Positions 1 through 9,499 of a stretch of 62,122 nt of DNA are shown piece after piece. Source of the DNA: Candidatus Tayloriibacteriota bacterium. Its GTDB lineage: Bacteria > Patescibacteriota > Minisyncoccia > Phycocordibacterales > PALSA-1337. Position 1 is the stretch's first letter; every line of letters starts with the position of its first letter. Made by a program: the position numbers and the translations under genes. A model generated the notes under the pieces. That model saw only the letters and a program-made list of their open reading frames with translations. It did not search any database and was not told where the DNA came from. Location: positions 1 to 62,122 of the forward strand of contig CALRBR010000004.1 of NCBI GenBank assembly GCA_943354385.1. Direction: 5' to 3'.

Positions 1-554
1 GACCAAAAGCCACCCTCTTCTACTGCAACCAACTTAAACAAAACTTCTGAGAAAGCCAGCAAGAAAGTCGACACACCCATCAGTAACAGCACATTCTTTT
101 TTAAAGTAATACGGCGCTCCTCATTAAACTCTAGCGATAATACCATTGCACCCAAAATGATCACTCCTGCGGCGATTAGCTTTTGAGTGTCCACAGTCTC
201 ACCCAAAATCAAGTACCCCAGAAAATACCCGAACACCGGTATAAGCTGAAAAAAGGGTACGACGATAGACGCTTCATCCTTTTCTAATGCATGCATATAC
301 AAGAGGATACTAACCGCATTGAGCACTCCCGCAAACAACAGAATTACTATATTAAAAAAACTTACAGAAAATATACTCTGATCGAGTAAAAAAACTACCG
401 GCAACAAGAATACCGAAAACAGTGTTGAGAAAATCATCAAGGATCCAACACCTCCCTCACTTTCCTTTGTATACTTTGAGAGTAGGTACTTGTCAGCGTG
501 GTTCACCAGACTCCACAAAAATGGTCCTATTAAGGCGATGAAAAACCAGTGCAT
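1..554 (-). CDS. EamA/DMT-superfamily membrane transporter, N-terminal part (C-terminus lies beyond the window start)
   Basis: ATG at 552-554 on the minus strand. My translation is MHWFFIALIGPFLWSLVNHADKYLL...FQLIPVFGYFLGYLILGETVDTQKLIAAGVIILGAMVL. It is multi-TM and has the EamA-type GE...G..I..G helix. It is absent from the ORF track because it is truncated. Confidence 0.55.
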   Translation of the reverse strand, partial: MHWFFIALIGPFLWSLVNHADKYLLSKYTKESEGGVGSLMIFSTLFSVFLLPVVFLLDQSIFSVSFFNIVILLFAGVLNAVSILLYMHALEKDEASIVVPFFQLIPVFGYFLGYLILGETVDTQKLIAAGVIILGAMVLSLEFNEERRITLKKNVLLLMGVSTFLLAFSEVLFKLVAVEEGGFW

Positions 555-559
555 AATAT

Positions 560-682
560 TTATTCCTCTACATTAACCACAACAAAATCTTCCCTTAGCA
601 CTGTCTTATAAAAAGTATACCCTGTAGAAGCCAGAACAGAGATTATTACGATCCAAAGTAGTATTTTTGATTTTTTATCCAT
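560..682 (-). CDS. small hypothetical single-TM protein (40 aa)
   Basis: ATG at 680-682, TAA at 560-562. Translation MDKKSKILLWIVIISVLASTGYTFYKTVLREDFVVVNVEE. It ends 5 nt upstream of the EamA-like start. No homology recognised. Confidence 0.25.
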   Translation of the reverse strand: MDKKSKILLWIVIISVLASTGYTFYKTVLREDFVVVNVEE

Positions 683-695
683 TTTTTGCTATAAT
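667..695 (+). promoter_or_regulatory. sigma70-like promoter candidate for the ATP-grasp gene
   Basis: TTGATT (667-672), 17 nt spacer, TATAAT (690-695), preceded by TG (687-688). The GTG start at 704 is only 8 nt downstream, so the mRNA would be near-leaderless. Confidence 0.35.
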
Positions 696-703
696 TAGTC
701 GCT

Positions 704-2002
704 GTGAATATACTATTTATATCAAAAAATCTGATTGCTGGCAACCTCGCTTACCTGCTTAAAAAGGAGGGTTATACAGTCAAACTGTTTATCGAGCAGA
801 AAAATAGCCACGAGAGCTTCGAAAACATGGTCTCCAAGAGCCAAAATTGGAAAGCAGACCTTGATTGGGTTGGTAAAGACGGCCTAGTAGTATTTGACGA
901 TGTCGGATACGGCAGGACTCAGGACAAACTACGTAAGGAAGGGTACACCGTTTTTGGTGGATCAGAGCTTGGAGACAAGCTGGAAATGGATCGAGAATTC
1001 GGTCAGGAGATATTTGCGAAATATGGGATGAAAACGGTACCCCTCAAAGATTTTGACAATATACAAGATGCTATTCGTTATGCTGAAAAACACAAAAGAG
1101 CCTGGGTTATCAAACAAAACGATCACGGTTCAAAAATACTAAACTATATTGGTATTTTTGAAGACGGTAGGGATGTTATTAGCGTACTTAAAAATTATGC
1201 CCAAAACGAGACAGTCAATAAAGAGCACGTGAGTCTGCACCAAAAATTAAAGGGTGTTGAAATCGGTGTTGGCAGGTATTTTAATGGATCAGACTGGGTA
1301 GGACCTATCGAATTTAATGTCGAACATACAGAATTTTTTCCAGGCAATCTTGGGCCAACGACAAGTGAGATGGGAACATTAGCGTGGTATGACACAAACG
1401 AAGACAATTTACTCTACACAGAAACCCTAGCCCGTTTAAAACCTTACCTACAGGAAATAAACTTTCGAGGAGATATGGAAGTAAATTGCATCGTTAATGA
1501 GGACGGCGCATTTCCACTCGAAGCCACCGCAAGACTTGGAACACCTATCGTGCATTTACACAGTGAGATACACTCATCGCCTTGGGGTGAGTTTTTATAC
1601 GCGGTTGCCTCTGGTAAACAATATGAGCTTAAGTGGAAAAAAGGCTACGGGATTGTCATACTAGTAGCTGTGCCCCCTTTCCCATACACAAAACGCATTA
1701 CCGAAAACCTGGTTTACAACTCAAACATTTATTTTGACAAAATGAACGAGAGAGATTTAAAACACATACATTTTGAGGAAGTCGCTATACGTAAAGATGA
1801 TCTCAATCAATTCTACATAGCTGACAGCCAAGGATATGTACTCTACATAACAGGAATGGGTGAAACTATCGAAGAGGCGCAGGAAAAAACATACAAAATC
1901 GCAAAAAAGGTGATCGTGCCAAAGATGTTTTATCGTAATGATATTGGGACATCTTTTAGTAGCGAGGGCTTGGCAAAACTGAAGAAACTCGGTTATCTAT
2001 AA
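704..2002 (+). CDS. ATP-grasp enzyme, PurD (phosphoribosylamine--glycine ligase)-like
   Basis: 432-aa ORF with a GTG start. Length and layout resemble PurD-type ATP-grasp proteins, but the N-terminal GGREHA-type motif is not recognisable. No other purine genes lie nearby. Confidence 0.5.
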   Translation: MNILFISKNLIAGNLAYLLKKEGYTVKLFIEQKNSHESFENMVSKSQNWKADLDWVGKDGLVVFDDVGYGRTQDKLRKEGYTVFGGSELGDKLEMDREFGQEIFAKYGMKTVPLKDFDNIQDAIRYAEKHKRAWVIKQNDHGSKILNYIGIFEDGRDVISVLKNYAQNETVNKEHVSLHQKLKGVEIGVGRYFNGSDWVGPIEFNVEHTEFFPGNLGPTTSEMGTLAWYDTNEDNLLYTETLARLKPYLQEINFRGDMEVNCIVNEDGAFPLEATARLGTPIVHLHSEIHSSPWGEFLYAVASGKQYELKWKKGYGIVILVAVPPFPYTKRITENLVYNSNIYFDKMNERDLKHIHFEEVAIRKDDLNQFYIADSQGYVLYITGMGETIEEAQEKTYKIAKKVIVPKMFYRNDIGTSFSSEGLAKLKKLGYL

Positions 2003-2003
2003 A

Positions 2004-2036
2004 AAAACCCGTATCGATTTAAAACGGGTTTTTTAT
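2004..2036 (+). terminator. rho-independent terminator of the ATP-grasp gene
   Basis: aaaacccgt (2004-2012) pairs with acgggtttt (2024-2032) and is followed by a T-run. It starts directly after the stop at 2002. Confidence 0.7.
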
Positions 2037-2037
2037 A

Positions 2038-2190
2038 TTACCCTAAACTCCCTTCCCCTTTTAATTCCTCAATCAATTTCTCAGCCGTACGGGAAAGTTT
2101 CTTTGAGAGGATAGTATTCATTTTTATAAGTAGGTCACCTTTTTTGCCGTGATCTACTGACACTGCCGTGGCCTTATCCCACCTTTCCAT
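2038..2190 (-). pseudogene. dnaJ C-terminal fragment (50-aa remnant ORF)
   Basis: Translates to [50 protein letters not shown]. The genuine DnaJ C-terminus is ...[34 protein letters not shown]. Nt 2057-2097 match 5964-6004 with one mismatch. Confidence 0.75.
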
Positions 2191-2323
2191 ACCTGTTGAT
2201 AACTTTTTTGCAGGGTCTTTACAAGTTGGGCTAGTTTGTTGTATAATAGGGGTTAGAGGCTCGTTGACATGTTTGTCTACGAAATATCCCTCGTGCAGTT
2301 AAATTCCAAAAAAAGGCACTCCC

Positions 2324-3238
2324 TTGAAAACACTCAGTGTGGTAGCCTTCCTTTTGGTGTGGCTACCCTTTTTGGAAATTCAGACATCTGGCGCTACGTT
2401 ACCAGAATACTTACCCTTTGGACAGGAACGCTCCATCACAAACCGTGCTGGACAAGTGCGCATCATCGAAACATGGCTTGACATCTCTACTGATGGTGTT
2501 ATTTATTCAACAGGCACTGCTTTTGGTTCGTCTTACAGCGGCCCATTTGACACTGTCTCGGTGAGTAATGCCATGGTAGCCAGACTAACAACATACCTGT
2601 CCGGCATCGACACCACAGACCCAGGTTTACAAAATTTGTTCTACCGAAGTGGACTACGTGGAGCAAATGATACAGGTATAAGAACAAGTTTCTTGCAAGA
2701 AAACCACTTCCAGCTCACCCTGAATCAAAATGGGTTATATTCCATTCCACCAGAAGCGACAGTTTTAGTGCTCAATCCTTTAAAATCCACGGTAATATAT
2801 GTCGCCATACCCTCCGCCCAATCTGTGCAAATCGTGGGCCAGGATGGTAGCAGCAACACGCTCACCAATGCAGTCTGGTATCCGCTGGAAACAGACACGT
2901 TTAGACTCCCTACCAAGTGGGTATCGAGTGGAAGCAACGGCTGGGCCAAAGTGACGCTCGTGGGCGGTCAGGTCAGCTACCACTGGCTTGCCACGGGAGA
3001 CAGGATACTCCCAAAGATTGAGTTTACTGGCAAAGGACCCTCTGGGGGTAGATTACTAACACTCCTGAGCGAGCCGTACAAACAGCTCGCCCTTGAATGT
3101 TCAAGTGATCTGCTGACGTGGACAAGTGTATCAAATACGCAAAGTGGTGAAAGGGCTACAGTGGTCTATGAAGACACTCGGCCCGAAGCATTGAGTGACA
3201 ACAAATGCTTTTACCGCTTCAGGATCGTAAATCTCTGA
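2324..3238 (+). CDS. secreted hypothetical protein (signal peptide), compositionally atypical
   Basis: 304 aa with a TTG start. N-terminal signal-like MKTLSVVAFLLVWLPFLEIQTSG. C-terminal ...SSDLLTWTSV...CFYRFRIVNL. It looks GC-richer than its neighbours by eye. Confidence 0.55.
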   Translation: MKTLSVVAFLLVWLPFLEIQTSGATLPEYLPFGQERSITNRAGQVRIIETWLDISTDGVIYSTGTAFGSSYSGPFDTVSVSNAMVARLTTYLSGIDTTDPGLQNLFYRSGLRGANDTGIRTSFLQENHFQLTLNQNGLYSIPPEATVLVLNPLKSTVIYVAIPSAQSVQIVGQDGSSNTLTNAVWYPLETDTFRLPTKWVSSGSNGWAKVTLVGGQVSYHWLATGDRILPKIEFTGKGPSGGRLLTLLSEPYKQLALECSSDLLTWTSVSNTQSGERATVVYEDTRPEALSDNKCFYRFRIVNL

Positions 3239-3286
3239 TCCCTTCATCGCAATGTGTCGGGATTTTTTATTTTAATTCTAACGCTT

Positions 3287-5767
3287 TTAAAACTCTTCAA
3301 AACCACCAGTATCACCGGTCACGGTAAGGGGGATATCGATATTTTTAACAATGTTACTTCCTGTTGTTATATTAAGTCCTGTAGCTGTCAAATTGACGAT
3401 ATAATTACCTTTCACTAAAGTATTACTAGCAGTTAGTTGAAATTTAGCTTGAAAAAAAGGAGAAGTGAAAGGGCTTTCCGCGGTTGATTTTTCTAGTTTA
3501 CATTGAATATTTGTACCGCAAATAGGGGCTGTTCCACCTACTACAACACTACGAATAATGGGGTTACTAAATGTAACAGTCGAAGCAAAGTTATCCAAAG
3601 GAGAGACTTCTATATTAACAATATTTGATTTTTGATTCTGATATTTTTTCATGCTAAGCGTACCTGCTGATAAATTGAAATTTTGTACAACTGGTTCGGT
3701 GACAATAACAGAAATTGGGCTACTAAAAATCGTCGTGTCTACATTTGGTGAATAACTCAAGCGAAAGACATATGTACCCGACTTATTTAGTGCAGATGTT
3801 AGAGTGTTCTGAATACTACCTGAAGCTGTTTTGTTGACTGGCCAAATACTACCAGCATCAACATAATCAGTACCATCCAAAGAGTAGGTCGCAGACAAAG
3901 AAGCACCTATTGGTATGTTTAGAGTATTCCAATATAGTGTTGCTCTTCCCCCTTTTACAATACTGAGTGATACAGTAGGGATAGTCAAATTTGAATTCGT
4001 AGAAAGTTTTATTTCTGGCCCCGGTAAAACTACACCAGGAATACTCACCTTACTCCAGTCCACCCAGCCTACCACATCAGAGCCCCAAGAAAAACCGCTA
4101 AAATTGGTAACCGCAGTTGCACCGGTGCCAGTAGTCGCCCCCGTGACACCGTAGACTGGAGTTGTCCCGCTCAAACTGATCCACCCGTCCCAGCCTCCGC
4201 GGGGGTCAATAGTAGAGGTGGGTATTATTGTGGTAGGCAAAGCACCCCCATTCATCACAGGGAATACAGTAGGATAAGATGGAGAAACTACGCCGTTAAG
4301 TATGACACCATCTGTTGATACACCTCCAGTACTCCAGGTTACCGTTTTGTTATTATGTACAGAAGTGTTATCACGGGTTTTTAATATAATTTTCCGACCA
4401 TCAGTACTAGCAATGAAGCCGTGCACTGATGTTCCTGGCGCATAAGCAACTAAACCACTGTTTGCCTTACCCTGATTAATGAGGCGAGCAATATCTTCAG
4501 CGACGAGTATTGCTGAATCTACATAATCTCCATATATATATCCCTCGGAAATTAACACAATGTTTCCGACAGAAAGTGACCATAAAAATCCTGATACCTC
4601 ATTATACACACCGGAGGTGCCCCAACTCCAAATATTTGCTGCTCCCTGAGAACCTTCGCTTGTAGATCCACCATCTCTTGCAGGATAGGTACCTGTCGGT
4701 AATTTATACACTTTATACATTCGATTTGCTGGAGGTGGAACCATGGTGTGAGGAGCACCATAATCGACCACATTCACACCTGGTCCATCAGCTACATGTA
4801 TACTCATCCCCTGACCAAAATAAGTACGCCAAGTAACCCCGTTATCATCGCTATACTGTATTGCTGCTTTTTCACCTGACGGCAGACTTGCTTGACTCCA
4901 AAATATTATCTTGTATGGAAGGGTGGTCCAATTGTTATTGGGATATAAAGTGGAACTAGAAGGAATTGTATTAATCAGAGTACTACCTACTGGCAAAACA
5001 GGCTCTGAAAGAGCTTGATTTAATGCCTGTGCAGAAAAATTTAAAGGTATCATCGGCATATTTAAAGCTGGTGCCCAGTACTCAGCTACAATATGTACAG
5101 TTTGGCCAGGAGCAATGGGGTAATTATGCTGTAAATAAAATTTGCTGTTACTATCAGTATTTGCAAATTTAAGAGTTGTGCCAGAAGGAAGCGGCGATTC
5201 CAATGTAATGCGAACTCCAGGTAAAGCAGTAGCTGTATTATTTTTGACATAAACCTGCTGTTCAAATATGCTTGTCTGAAGGTTAAAAGAAACTGGACCT
5301 GTCGTCAGTGTTAAACCTGATGTTGCAGAAGCCACCGTATCCGTACAATTCACCGGATCCCTCATCCCCGCACAAGCCCTCGCCCAGCCTTCGAGACGGT
5401 TGCCGTTGGTGAGATTGATTCGCGCATCAGTAGCTACGATACCACTACCAGTAGGAAAAGGAGTATTCAGAGGCCCACCGAGTCCTCCAAACTTGATCCA
5501 GCCAATATTGGAAGACCATGCGTGGCCATTGAGAGCTCGAGTGGTGACAGCACCTACTGTAACGGGCGCTTCTAGGTTCACCGCATACGTCGGTGCAGTC
5601 GTCGTACTCATACTGATCCACCCGATATTTGAAGACCAGAGATAGCCATCAAGTGGGACTGGTGAAGTCGTAGCCTGAGCATTGACGAGAGAAATGTGTT
5701 TAAATCCAACGATAACAACTCCTAAAAAAATACTACAGACGATAAACTGGAGAAAATATTTCCTCAT
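3287..5767 (-). CDS. large secreted/surface protein with W-x-S-(N/D)-(I/V)-G-W-(I/V) repeats
   Basis: The track ORF is 3287..5785. I prefer the ATG at 5765-5767 (MRKYFLQFIVCSIFLGVVIVGF..., signal/TM). Motifs present: GYLWSSNIGWISMS, GHAWSSNIGWIKFGG, GGWDGWISLSG, FSWGSDVVGWVDWS. Confidence 0.7.
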   Translation of the reverse strand: MRKYFLQFIVCSIFLGVVIVGFKHISLVNAQATTSPVPLDGYLWSSNIGWISMSTTTAPTYAVNLEAPVTVGAVTTRALNGHAWSSNIGWIKFGGLGGPLNTPFPTGSGIVATDARINLTNGNRLEGWARACAGMRDPVNCTDTVASATSGLTLTTGPVSFNLQTSIFEQQVYVKNNTATALPGVRITLESPLPSGTTLKFANTDSNSKFYLQHNYPIAPGQTVHIVAEYWAPALNMPMIPLNFSAQALNQALSEPVLPVGSTLINTIPSSSTLYPNNNWTTLPYKIIFWSQASLPSGEKAAIQYSDDNGVTWRTYFGQGMSIHVADGPGVNVVDYGAPHTMVPPPANRMYKVYKLPTGTYPARDGGSTSEGSQGAANIWSWGTSGVYNEVSGFLWSLSVGNIVLISEGYIYGDYVDSAILVAEDIARLINQGKANSGLVAYAPGTSVHGFIASTDGRKIILKTRDNTSVHNNKTVTWSTGGVSTDGVILNGVVSPSYPTVFPVMNGGALPTTIIPTSTIDPRGGWDGWISLSGTTPVYGVTGATTGTGATAVTNFSGFSWGSDVVGWVDWSKVSIPGVVLPGPEIKLSTNSNLTIPTVSLSIVKGGRATLYWNTLNIPIGASLSATYSLDGTDYVDAGSIWPVNKTASGSIQNTLTSALNKSGTYVFRLSYSPNVDTTIFSSPISVIVTEPVVQNFNLSAGTLSMKKYQNQKSNIVNIEVSPLDNFASTVTFSNPIIRSVVVGGTAPICGTNIQCKLEKSTAESPFTSPFFQAKFQLTASNTLVKGNYIVNLTATGLNITTGSNIVKNIDIPLTVTGDTGGFEEF

Positions 5768-5950
5768 GTGGTTTAAGTATAGCAAACTATAGAAGATACT
5801 CAGTGTGGATAAGTACCTTTACCCCACACCACTCCCTGCTTTGAATTACAAAACCTCGTTGAAGGCGTATCTTTTTGAGAGACTTCGCAAGCGGGTAGCT
5901 GTAAACTCGCAAGGACGGTCCTTGCGAAAGAAATCCAACTATCATAGTAT

Positions 5951-7066
5951 TTAAACCCCCTCGCCTTTTAATTCCTCAATCAATTTCTCAGCGGTACGGG
6001 AAAGCTTTTTTGGTAGGATGGTATTTATTTTTATGAGGAGGTCGCCACGAGTGCCACGCTCGGTCGGCACGCCTTTACCACGCACACGGAGGATTTCTCC
6101 ATGCGCCACACCGCGAGGCACTTTGACCATAAGATCACCGTCGAGCGCAGAAATAGTACGCTCTTCGCCGAGAAGTGCGCTAGTGAGCTTTACATCAAGT
6201 GTCATAGCAAGATTGTTTCCATCTTTGGTGAAAATTGAATGCTTTTTTACATGTACCTTTATATACAAATCTCCAGAGGTGCCGTGCGCTACCGCTTCAC
6301 CCGCGCCAGTCATACGTAGACTCTGGCCATTGTCGATACCAGATGGAATGGTGACAGAAAATTCTTCTTGTTTTGAAAATACTCCGGCACCACGACAGTT
6401 GTCGCAAGTTTCTTTTGGAATTTGTCCTTTGCCGTTACAGGTCGGGCAAGTGCGTACCTGAGAAAACTGTCCGAGGAATGAGCGCTTGATTTCTTCTACT
6501 TTGCCTTGGCCGTTACAGGTGGTGCATGTGCGCGTCCCTGTGCCTGGCTTTCCACCAGTTCCCGTACAAGTACTACATTTTGACATTTTTGTAAGAGAAA
6601 TCTTTTTGTCTGTGCCGAAAATAGAGTCTTTGAAATCAATTTCTATGTCTACCGAGATGTCTCTCCCCCGAGCTTGCTTGGTACGCCCACCAGATCGTCC
6701 TCCACCAAAAAAGTCTCCGAAAATGTCCCCGAGATCAAACTCTACCCCCTGACCACTACCACCCTGCTGAAATCCAGAAAAGTCAAAACCTTGCCCCTGC
6801 GAGAAGCCACCAAAACCACCTCTATCAGCACCTGAGCCACCCTGGCCACCATAGCCGGGCCCTGCGGAGCCAAATTGGTCGTATTGGGCACGTTTACTTT
6901 CGTCTGAGAGCACCGAATAGGCCTCATTAGCCTCCTTGAACTTGGCCTCATTACCACCCTTTTTGTCTGGGTGATGTTCATGTGCGAGCTTTCTGAACGC
7001 TTTTTTAATATCGTCCTTGCTTGCGCCTTTTCCGACTCCAAGTGTTTTGTAATAGTCTTTTGACAT
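5951..7066 (-). CDS. dnaJ: molecular chaperone DnaJ
   Basis: J-domain with HPD ([10 protein letters not shown]), a G/F-rich linker, and four CxxCxGxG zinc-finger repeats ([32 protein letters not shown]). Confidence 0.97.
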   Translation of the reverse strand: MSKDYYKTLGVGKGASKDDIKKAFRKLAHEHHPDKKGGNEAKFKEANEAYSVLSDESKRAQYDQFGSAGPGYGGQGGSGADRGGFGGFSQGQGFDFSGFQQGGSGQGVEFDLGDIFGDFFGGGRSGGRTKQARGRDISVDIEIDFKDSIFGTDKKISLTKMSKCSTCTGTGGKPGTGTRTCTTCNGQGKVEEIKRSFLGQFSQVRTCPTCNGKGQIPKETCDNCRGAGVFSKQEEFSVTIPSGIDNGQSLRMTGAGEAVAHGTSGDLYIKVHVKKHSIFTKDGNNLAMTLDVKLTSALLGEERTISALDGDLMVKVPRGVAHGEILRVRGKGVPTERGTRGDLLIKINTILPKKLSRTAEKLIEELKGEGV

Positions 7067-7167
7067 TTTAATTTAATTTCATTTCAATATCCTCCATTCT
7101 CCCCACGATCTGGTATTTTGCAGGTCATAGGGAGTAGGAAGAGGGGATTTTTATTTATCCTGCATCC

Positions 7168-7240
7168 GTTCTCCCTTTGTAAAGGCCGTCTACAGGTGTC
7201 GATCACAAACGATCGACTCAGCAGGCTCCATGCCGAGGGA
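7168..7240. repeat. intergenic mosaic module (TTCTCCCTTT-loop-AAAGG ... GTCGATCACAAACGATCGAC hairpins)
   Basis: Related copies lie at about 55901-56000 and 60607-60680. It contains the short palindromes ccctttgtaaagg and tcgatcacaaacgatcga. Confidence 0.6.
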
Positions 7241-7338
7241 TGTATTCTCCCTTTCATAAAGGGCAGACGCTAGTCGAGGGATTTAAAATCCTCCGTCTGG
7301 AGTACCAGCCACCTCCTTTAAAAAAGGAGGAATAATTC
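7241..7338. repeat. MITE-like element of about 100 bp, copy 1 (just downstream of dnaK)
   Basis: tgtattctccctttcataaaggg...gagggatttaaaatcctc...cacctcctttaaaaaaggaggaataattc. It aligns along its length with 9301-9410. The ends are imperfect inverted repeats (attctcccttt / aaaggaggaat). Confidence 0.6.
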
Positions 7339-7351
7339 CCGACCATATCAA

Positions 7352-9268
7352 CTATTTTTTCTCCCCCTCCTTAAACTCAGCCTCCCTCACCGGCCCATCA
7401 CCTTCTTTTTTATCTTCCGGCTTTGCTTCACCCTGCTTTGTCTCGCCGGAGCCCTGAGCGTCGGCGGAAGCCTTTGCAAGAATCTCGCCAATCTTTGACA
7501 TCTCACTTCCGAGAGATTCTGTTGCAGACTTGGTCTTGCCTGCATCAGTACCTTCCTTTGCTGTTTTTACATCAGCAATCTTATCTTCGATAGACTTTCG
7601 TAGATCAGCTGGTACTTTATCCCCCGCATCCTTGAGAGCCTTTTCTGCAGTGTAAACAGTCTGCTCAGCGATATTCTTTGCCTCCACAGCCTCTTTCTTT
7701 TTCATATCGTCAGCATTGTGCATCTCAGCATCTTTTTTCATCTTTTCTACCTCTTCTTTTGAGAGTCCAGAACTCGCTGTAATCTTTACTGAGTTGGTCT
7801 TGCCTGTTATCTTTTCTTTTGCAGACACGTTCAGAATACCGTTGGCATCAATGTCAAAAGTGACTTCTACCTGTGGCATACCACGCGGAGATGGTGGAAT
7901 GCCATCGAGGATAAATTTACCAAGGGATTTATTGTCTACTGCCATTGCTCGCTCACCTTGTACAATATGTATCTCTACCGAAGTCTGATTGTCCGCTGCA
8001 GTAGAAAACACCTGTGACCTAGATGTCGGAATAGTGGTGTTTTTGTCGATCAGCTTTGTACCAACACCTCCCATGGTTTCAATACCGAGAGATAGTGGGA
8101 TCACATCGAGCAAGAGCACGTCCTTCACATCACCTTTGAGAATACCTCCCTGAATAGCGGCACCGATAGCCACTACCTCATCTGGATTTACACCCTTGTG
8201 TGGCTCCTTACCAAAGAGGTCTTTCACAGCTTTTATGATAGCTGGCATACGAGTCTGGCCACCAACGAGAACGATTTCATTGATCTCGCCGATCTTAAAC
8301 GGTGAAGCTTCCATCGCCCTTTTTGTAATCATCACAGATTTATCTATAAACTCTGCACATAGCTCCTCAAGCTTTGCTCGAGACATTTTGATAAGTAGAT
8401 GTCGAGGGCCAGATGCGTCTGAAGTGATAAATGGGATATTGATTTCTGTTTCCATCGCTGTCGAAAGTTCGATTTTGGCTTTCTCCGAAGCCTCATCTAT
8501 TCTCTGGAGTGCGAGAGCATCTTTTCGTACATCGATACCTGACTCTTTCCGAAACTCTTCCGCAAGCCAATTTACAATCTTGGTATCAATATCTCGTCCG
8601 CCGAGATGACTGTCTCCATCCACTGATTTTACCTCGATCACATCATCACCCACTTCTAGAATAGAGATATCAAAAGTACCTCCACCGAAGTCATAGACCA
8701 CGATCTTTTCATTCTTCTTTTTGTTGAAGCCGTATGCTAGTGCTGCTGCAGTAGGCTCTGGAAGCACGCGGAGTACCGTGAGACCAGCGATCTCTCCGGC
8801 ATTCTTTGTAGCTTGTCTTTGGGCGTCATTAAAGTATGCAGGGACGGTGATTACTGCTTCGGTTATTTTCTCTCCAAGCTTGGCTTCAGCGTCGTTCTTT
8901 AGCTTGGTGAGAATCATTGCTGACACTTCTTCTGGCCTATAATTTTTATCACCCATTTTTACTTCGACTCCACCTGTAGCACCTTTTAGCACCTCATACG
9001 CCACAGATGACTTATCTTTTTGTACTGCAGGCTCGTCAAACATGTGACCCATAAAACGTTTGATCTGGTGTACGGTGTTTTTTGGGTTGGTCACTGCCTG
9101 TCGACGTGCGAGGAGGCCCACCATACGCTCACCCGTTTTTGATTGAGCAACAATAGATGGTGTGGTGCGTGCACCCTCAGCATTTTCTAGAATACGAGGC
9201 TCACCCGCTTCCATGATTGCTACCGCACAGTTTGTTGTTCCGAGATCGATTCCGATAATTTTTGACAT
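7352..9268 (-). CDS. dnaK: molecular chaperone DnaK (Hsp70)
   Basis: 638 aa. Contains [25 protein letters not shown] and [10 protein letters not shown], plus a charged C-terminal tail. Confidence 0.98.
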   Translation of the reverse strand: MSKIIGIDLGTTNCAVAIMEAGEPRILENAEGARTTPSIVAQSKTGERMVGLLARRQAVTNPKNTVHQIKRFMGHMFDEPAVQKDKSSVAYEVLKGATGGVEVKMGDKNYRPEEVSAMILTKLKNDAEAKLGEKITEAVITVPAYFNDAQRQATKNAGEIAGLTVLRVLPEPTAAALAYGFNKKKNEKIVVYDFGGGTFDISILEVGDDVIEVKSVDGDSHLGGRDIDTKIVNWLAEEFRKESGIDVRKDALALQRIDEASEKAKIELSTAMETEINIPFITSDASGPRHLLIKMSRAKLEELCAEFIDKSVMITKRAMEASPFKIGEINEIVLVGGQTRMPAIIKAVKDLFGKEPHKGVNPDEVVAIGAAIQGGILKGDVKDVLLLDVIPLSLGIETMGGVGTKLIDKNTTIPTSRSQVFSTAADNQTSVEIHIVQGERAMAVDNKSLGKFILDGIPPSPRGMPQVEVTFDIDANGILNVSAKEKITGKTNSVKITASSGLSKEEVEKMKKDAEMHNADDMKKKEAVEAKNIAEQTVYTAEKALKDAGDKVPADLRKSIEDKIADVKTAKEGTDAGKTKSATESLGSEMSKIGEILAKASADAQGSGETKQGEAKPEDKKEGDGPVREAEFKEGEKK

Positions 9269-9300
9269 ACTAGTTTATAGTTATTAGTTAATAGTCTTTA

Positions 9301-9410
9301 GTATTATTCTCTCTTTTCTAAAGGGAGCAGGCTCCGGGCCGAGGGATTTAAATTTCAAAATCCTCCGTCTCGAGTACTCGCCACCTCCTTTATGAAAGGA
9401 GGAATAATGC
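9301..9410. repeat. MITE-like element of about 110 bp, copy 2 (just upstream of dnaK)
   Basis: gtattattctctcttttctaaaggg...gagggatttaaatttcaaaatcctc...cacctcctttatgaaaggaggaataatgc. Same orientation as 7241-7338. Confidence 0.6.
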
Positions 9411-9499
9411 ACAAAATACTTACTTATCTTCTTAATAATAGTTACCGAGCGAAACAAATAGCCGATGAGTTTTAATTTATAAAAACAATCGACTATCTA

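Noticed and set aside
590-625. CIRCE-like half-site TTAGCACTG
   Set aside because: There is no inverted partner GAGTGCTAA at 9-nt spacing, and it is not upstream of any chaperone gene. No hrcA is present in the window.
6018-6752. Plus-strand ORFs inside dnaJ. The same pattern occurs inside dnaK (7716-8942), rplQ/rplM (12176-12691), alaS (19408-20258), leuS (36689-37845), copA (27582-28274) and the giant gene (51840-53269)
   Set aside because: These are shadow ORFs antisense to genes with strong homology. Their Arg/Ser/Pro-rich composition is typical of non-coding frames.
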